DNA of 64,000 nucleotides. Source: an uncultured Chloroflexia bacterium (GTDB lineage Bacteria; Chloroflexota; Dehalococcoidia; DSTF01; JALHUB01). A program made the translations under genes and the position numbers. Of this stretch, positions 60,081 to 64,000 are shown piece by piece. The notes beneath the pieces were generated by a model. The model saw only the letters and a list, made by a program, of their open reading frames with translations, made no database searches and was not told the origin of the DNA. The stretch lies in contig CAVXOY010000015.1 of NCBI GenBank assembly GCA_963763495.1, forward strand, positions 38,574 through 102,573, in the 5' to 3' direction. Position 1 is the stretch's first letter, and each line of letters starts with the position of its first letter.

Positions 60081-61836
60081 CTAGTTCTTGGTCGCTCCCG
60101 GCGCGCCGACGCGGAAGAAGGTGCGCTCCGTCGAGGAGATGAAGGTGAAGTTCTCCTCGTACGCCCCCTCGTTGCCGGTCGCCGGGTCCTTGGCGCGGAC
60201 GTGGAAGGTGTAGCGGGCGGGCTGGTTGAGACTGAAGCTGGCGGCCGTGTCGCCGGAGAAGGACGACCAGGCGGGGCGCTTGTCGTCGGTGAAGCCGGTG
60301 ACGTAGTAGACCGAATCGTTGTCCAGGTCGGGTATCCAGCCCTCCAGGTAGTAGGAGAAGAGGGCGTCGGCGCTGTCGGGCGACTTCCAGGTGAAGGTGA
60401 CATAACCCCTGGCGATGTCGGCGTCGCTCGGGGTCTGCGTGATCTGGACCGACGGCTTGACGCGGGCCGTCGCGCGCTATCTGGTCGGAGACGTCGTGCT
60501 CGCCACTGAGGGAGAAGAGCATAGACATAGCGGCCGGGGCAGGCGGTGTAGTTGCAGTCGCGGTGGCCGGCGATGTCCGGCAGGCCCAGGACGCGGCCGT
60601 AGTCGACCATCAGGAAGTCGGAGGAGTCGGTAGGCGAGATGTAGAAGCGGCGGCAGGACCAGGTGAGGAAGTCGAACAGCGTCTCTTTCATATCCGCCAG
60701 CTTTGTAGCGTCGAACTGGTTGACCTCGAAGTTGCCGATGAGGGAAACGCCGGTCGACCCTTCGTTGCAGGTAAGCGCGTGCCCGCCAACGACGTCGGGG
60801 CTGATGATCTCGCGCCCGCCGTCGAGACCCTCGTCGCGGCCGCGGCGACCCTCATAGATGCGGCCGAAGCGATCGATGAGAGCGTTGTAGCCGATGTCGC
60901 CCCAGCCCTTGTTGATGGCGTGGTAGTAGTAGACGGCGCGCACGTCCTGCACGGCCTGATCGGCGGTGTAGTTGGGATCAGGGTAGTCGGGGGACGTAGT
61001 ATCGGAGTTATCGAGGGTGGCCGTGTGGTGGATGACGATCTTCTTCGTCGGGACGTACATGCGCGGCCAGACCTCGACGCCGTTGCTGTAGAAGCGATAG
61101 CTGTCGGGGGCGCCCCAGTCCTCGCGCGTCAGGAGCTGGTCGTCGTCGAACGGCGGCGGCAGGCTGCCGGCGTCGGAGACCGGACTCGGCGTGCGCGTAG
61201 CCTTGGGCGTAGGAGTCCTCCTCACCGCTGCCGCCTCCATACCGGGGGTGTACGGCGGCGAGTTCAGAGCGGTGACGACGACCCGGGCAGAGCAGCGCCG
61301 AGTCCTGGGCGTCTGCCGTCGAAGCGGGCGCTGTACTGGACATAACGGCTCTGATCCGCCGCCCAGACAAGGGCGGCGAAGCTCTCGCCGCGCGGGTTCT
61401 CGTCGGGGTAGGTCTCGACCGTCGCGGCACGCCAGGGCGACCAGGTGCGGCCGTCGGCGGAGGTGCGCACCTCGAAGCGGATGCCGGCGCTCTGAGAGCC
61501 CTCGCTGCGCCAGTGGAGGCCGACATGGGTGAAAGGATTGTTCGTCCTGACAACCGGCGACGTGTAGAGCCCCTCCGAGGTGGCGGCCGCCCGAAGGCCG
61601 GTCGTGCCATCGAGAGTATCCCACTTCAGGGCGCGGAGATCGCCGCCGGCAAGCTGAGCGGGATTGTGGATGATATCTTCGGCGGTGACGGAGAAGTCTT
61701 GAGGAGCGCGGGGAGCGCCGGCGGTGAAACGGCGCGGCAGGAGGATGCTCGCCCCGCCGCCGATAATCGCAAACGACGTCGCACCCGCCAACAAGCGACG
61801 CCGGGAGACCCTCCTCTGCCAGAACCCCTCAGGCAC
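60081..61836 (-). CDS. Tat-exported N-acetylmuramoyl-L-alanine amidase (Amidase_2/PGRP-like) with C-terminal beta domain; multiple frameshifts
   Basis: SRRRLL twin-arginine signal; TREDWGA, IVIHHTA, YHAINKGWGDIGYNALIDRFGRIYEGR, GHA..N, GVSLIGNF and GHRD. Confidence 0.85.
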
Positions 61837-61930
61837 CCTCTATAGCCCCCAACCCATATCTCACCCCGCGCGTTTCACAGATATCTACCTTAAGTCGTTT
61901 CGACGGGGAAGTCAACCGATAGGGGGCGAT

Positions 61931-62713
61931 CTAGCGCTTATAAGCAGCGATCAGCAGGTCAGCCATTAGCTGGTAGCCGGCGTCGTTGGGGTGAAAGTCC
62001 TCTTCCGGCTCCATCACGTGCGTGAGGTCGGGCGCGCGGCCCCGGAAGTCGTCGAACAAGTGGACGACCTCGGCATCCGTGCCGGACGCTAGGGCCGCCT
62101 TCTCGATAGTATCGTTGAGGGCAGGCAGCGCCAGGTCGCCCGCTTCGTCGAGGGGCTTACCGCTGCCGGAATAGGGGTTGAAGTAGTCGAGAACGAGGAT
62201 CCGGGTGTCGGGCCCGGCGGCGACGCGGAGAGCCCGCAGGATGACGGGCAGGTTCTTCGCTGCCTCGTCGATGGCGTTGCCCACGGCCGCGGCGCAGCCC
62301 GAATCGTCGAGGCCCTTCGGTGGCGCGCACGGCCGGCCCTCTGCCGTCAGCCCTATGAGGTCGTTCCCGCCGATGTCTATCGTAATAACGACCACGTCGT
62401 CCCGCGGGTTGTCGTCCGCCTGGTTGCGGAATCTCAGCTCGGCGAGGGCCTTGGCGAGCTGCCCCTCGGCGATCATCGAGGTCGTGGTCTCGCCGCCGAC
62501 AGCCAGGTTCCGCAGAGCGACCTCTTTCCCCATATCTCCCTCGAGAAACTGGTGGAAAAGGGGTACATAGGCGTCCTTCGTCCGGGCCGACGCGCCCTCA
62601 CCGTAGGCATAGGAGTCGCCGAGGGCCAGATAGCAGGGGCGGTCCGCGCTCGCGCAGGCCAGAAGTGAAGGGAGGCAAACCACAACCGCAAGAACAGCGA
62701 TGCAGCGCTTCAA
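61931..62713 (-). CDS. SGNH/GDSL hydrolase, probable lipoprotein
   Basis: GGAGG RBS before TTG 62713; LLAC lipobox; LALGDS, NLAVGG, IGGND and DFHPND. Confidence 0.88.
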   Translation of the reverse strand: MKRCIAVLAVVVCLPSLLACASADRPCYLALGDSYAYGEGASARTKDAYVPLFHQFLEGDMGKEVALRNLAVGGETTTSMIAEGQLAKALAELRFRNQADDNPRDDVVVITIDIGGNDLIGLTAEGRPCAPPKGLDDSGCAAAVGNAIDEAAKNLPVILRALRVAAGPDTRILVLDYFNPYSGSGKPLDEAGDLALPALNDTIEKAALASGTDAEVVHLFDDFRGRAPDLTHVMEPEEDFHPNDAGYQLMADLLIAAYKR

Positions 62714-62789
62714 GGTTCCCTCCTCCGCCGGTGTGCGGGTTCCATCACCGTCTGTCTCTTGACAACGGTACGCGACCCGTCGCAACACC

Positions 62790-62817
62790 TTGACATACGC
62801 GTCGCGGAGCCTATCAT
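62790..62817 (+). promoter_or_regulatory. Sigma-70-type promoter of the Rdx gene
   Basis: TTGACA-N16-TATCAT. Confidence 0.55.
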
Positions 62818-62867
62818 CGAAACCAGCGAGAGAACTATTGCATATAGAGGAGGTTAATTTCAAGACG

Positions 62868-63119
62868 ATGACCGCCAACGATAAGCTGACGATAGAGATC
62901 GAGTACTGCGCAATTTGAAACTACTTGCCCAAGGCCGCCGGTACGGCGACCGAGATACTGCAAGCTATGAGCGACCGGATAGAGTCCCTGCGGCTTATAC
63001 CAGCGGGAGGAGGCCGGTTTGAGGTACGGGCCAATGGTCAACTGGTGTATTCCAAGGCCGCTACCGGCAGCTTTCCTGAGCCCGGGGAGGTCCTGCAGAA
63101 GCTAGCACAATTGACATAA
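62868..63119 (+). CDS. Rdx (SelW/SelT/SelH) family selenoprotein, CxxU with in-frame TGA at 62916-62918
   Basis: MTANDKLTIEIEYCAI-U-NYLPKA...GGGRFEV....LVYSK...FPE; the ORF track has only the part after the TGA. Confidence 0.88.
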
Positions 63120-63247
63120 CACATCCAACTTCGCCTTCTTACCCGCATCGAACCGTCGAGCCGGCAGGGGATAGGTGAAACTTTCCGTCCGTAGACGCGT
63201 TATTACTTCCGGAACGCGCTTATTGATCTCATTCTACGGCGGGAAGT

Positions 63248-63908
63248 ATGAGAGAACGAGACTATTACGAAGTCCTGCAACTTCACCCCAAAGCTGATCA
63301 CGAAATAGTAGCGCAGGCGTACTGGCATCTGGCCCGGAAGTACAACTTGGCCGGCGCTTTCGATGTGACCGCCAAGAAGAGGCTAGAGTATCTCAACGAG
63401 GCCTTTGCGGTCATAGGATCGCCGGAGCGGCGCGTCGAGTACGATCGGTGGCGGACAGAGAGACTGGCCGCAACGGGACAACTGGCGAAAGACGGGAGCT
63501 CCTCTTCAGAAGCGCGTCACCATCGAGGTCTCCTTCTGGAGGCTGCCGGCCTGGCAAGGGACCATAGCGGCAATCGGGACACTGGCACTGGCGGTCGTAG
63601 CCCTGTTGGCCGGCGCGTCCCCAATCATCGCCTTGGTCTTGGCAGCCATAGCCATCACGGCCGCCCTCGCGCCCACTCAGGAGGAATGGAAGCCCTTACT
63701 CTCAAACATAGGCGACTGGGACGTGCGAGGGGAACGGGAGTTGAGGGCGCACGAGCTGCAGCAGTCTACCTCGGCCATTCTCGCCCGCTGGCGCGAACAG
63801 ACGCCGAATCAGGCCAGACCGCGCTCACTCGCCCAGATCCTCGCCGGAACTGATCAGCGCTTCAATAGACGGCAGCCCACGCCTCCAAACGATACAGCGG
63901 ATCACTAG
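63248..63908 (+). CDS. DnaJ-domain membrane protein; frameshift near 63560
   Basis: DYYEVLQLHPKA, LNEAFAVIGSPERRVEYD; a TM-containing C-terminal part lies in ORF 63606-63908. Confidence 0.7.
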
Positions 63909-64000
63909 AACCAAGCATCCTCCGCGAATCTGCTGGCACTCACGTCTCTTTCGACTGCTATCTCCTTGGGCCAGGCCCCGACCAGGGGATTGACTCGTCC

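Noticed and set aside
1-64000. CRISPR arrays, tRNA/rRNA genes, transposases, integrases, prophage genes
   Set aside because: None were recognised by eye; a tRNAscan/CRISPR/IS scan was not possible

Overview
High-GC bacterial chromosome segment. Gene content and order point to Chloroflexota, probably class Dehalococcoidia (inference). It is mostly housekeeping: nusB-acpP-tatA/B-tatC, UDG, ftsK, murE-birA, SPFH/NfeD, hisZG-x-DCB, purDE-x-B-x-CS, guaA, tsaC-rpiB-polyprenyl synthase-pgk-apgM-tpiA-miaA-dapF-GNAT-dapL-hflX, and glcDEF. About 17 genes, several of them essential, are split by single-base frameshifts, so these are most likely assembly indel errors rather than pseudogenes. The most notable region is 41.5-51.2 kb, an apparent c-di-GMP/sigma-28 circuit. 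It contains a clear c-di-GMP-I riboswitch with an intrinsic terminator in front of a FliA/WhiG sigma gene, a membrane-sensor HD-GYP protein and a degenerate GGDEF protein. It also holds sigma-28-like promoters, a TetR-OppABC importer and an unannotated 32-aa signal-peptide-like ORF ending in WWWW. Other highlights are a CxxU Rdx selenoprotein missed by the ORF track, a probable ACG start for hflX, a 6S-like RNA candidate, two REP doublets and a low-GC PfkB kinase gene. No tRNA, rRNA, CRISPR array, transposase or integrase was recognised.
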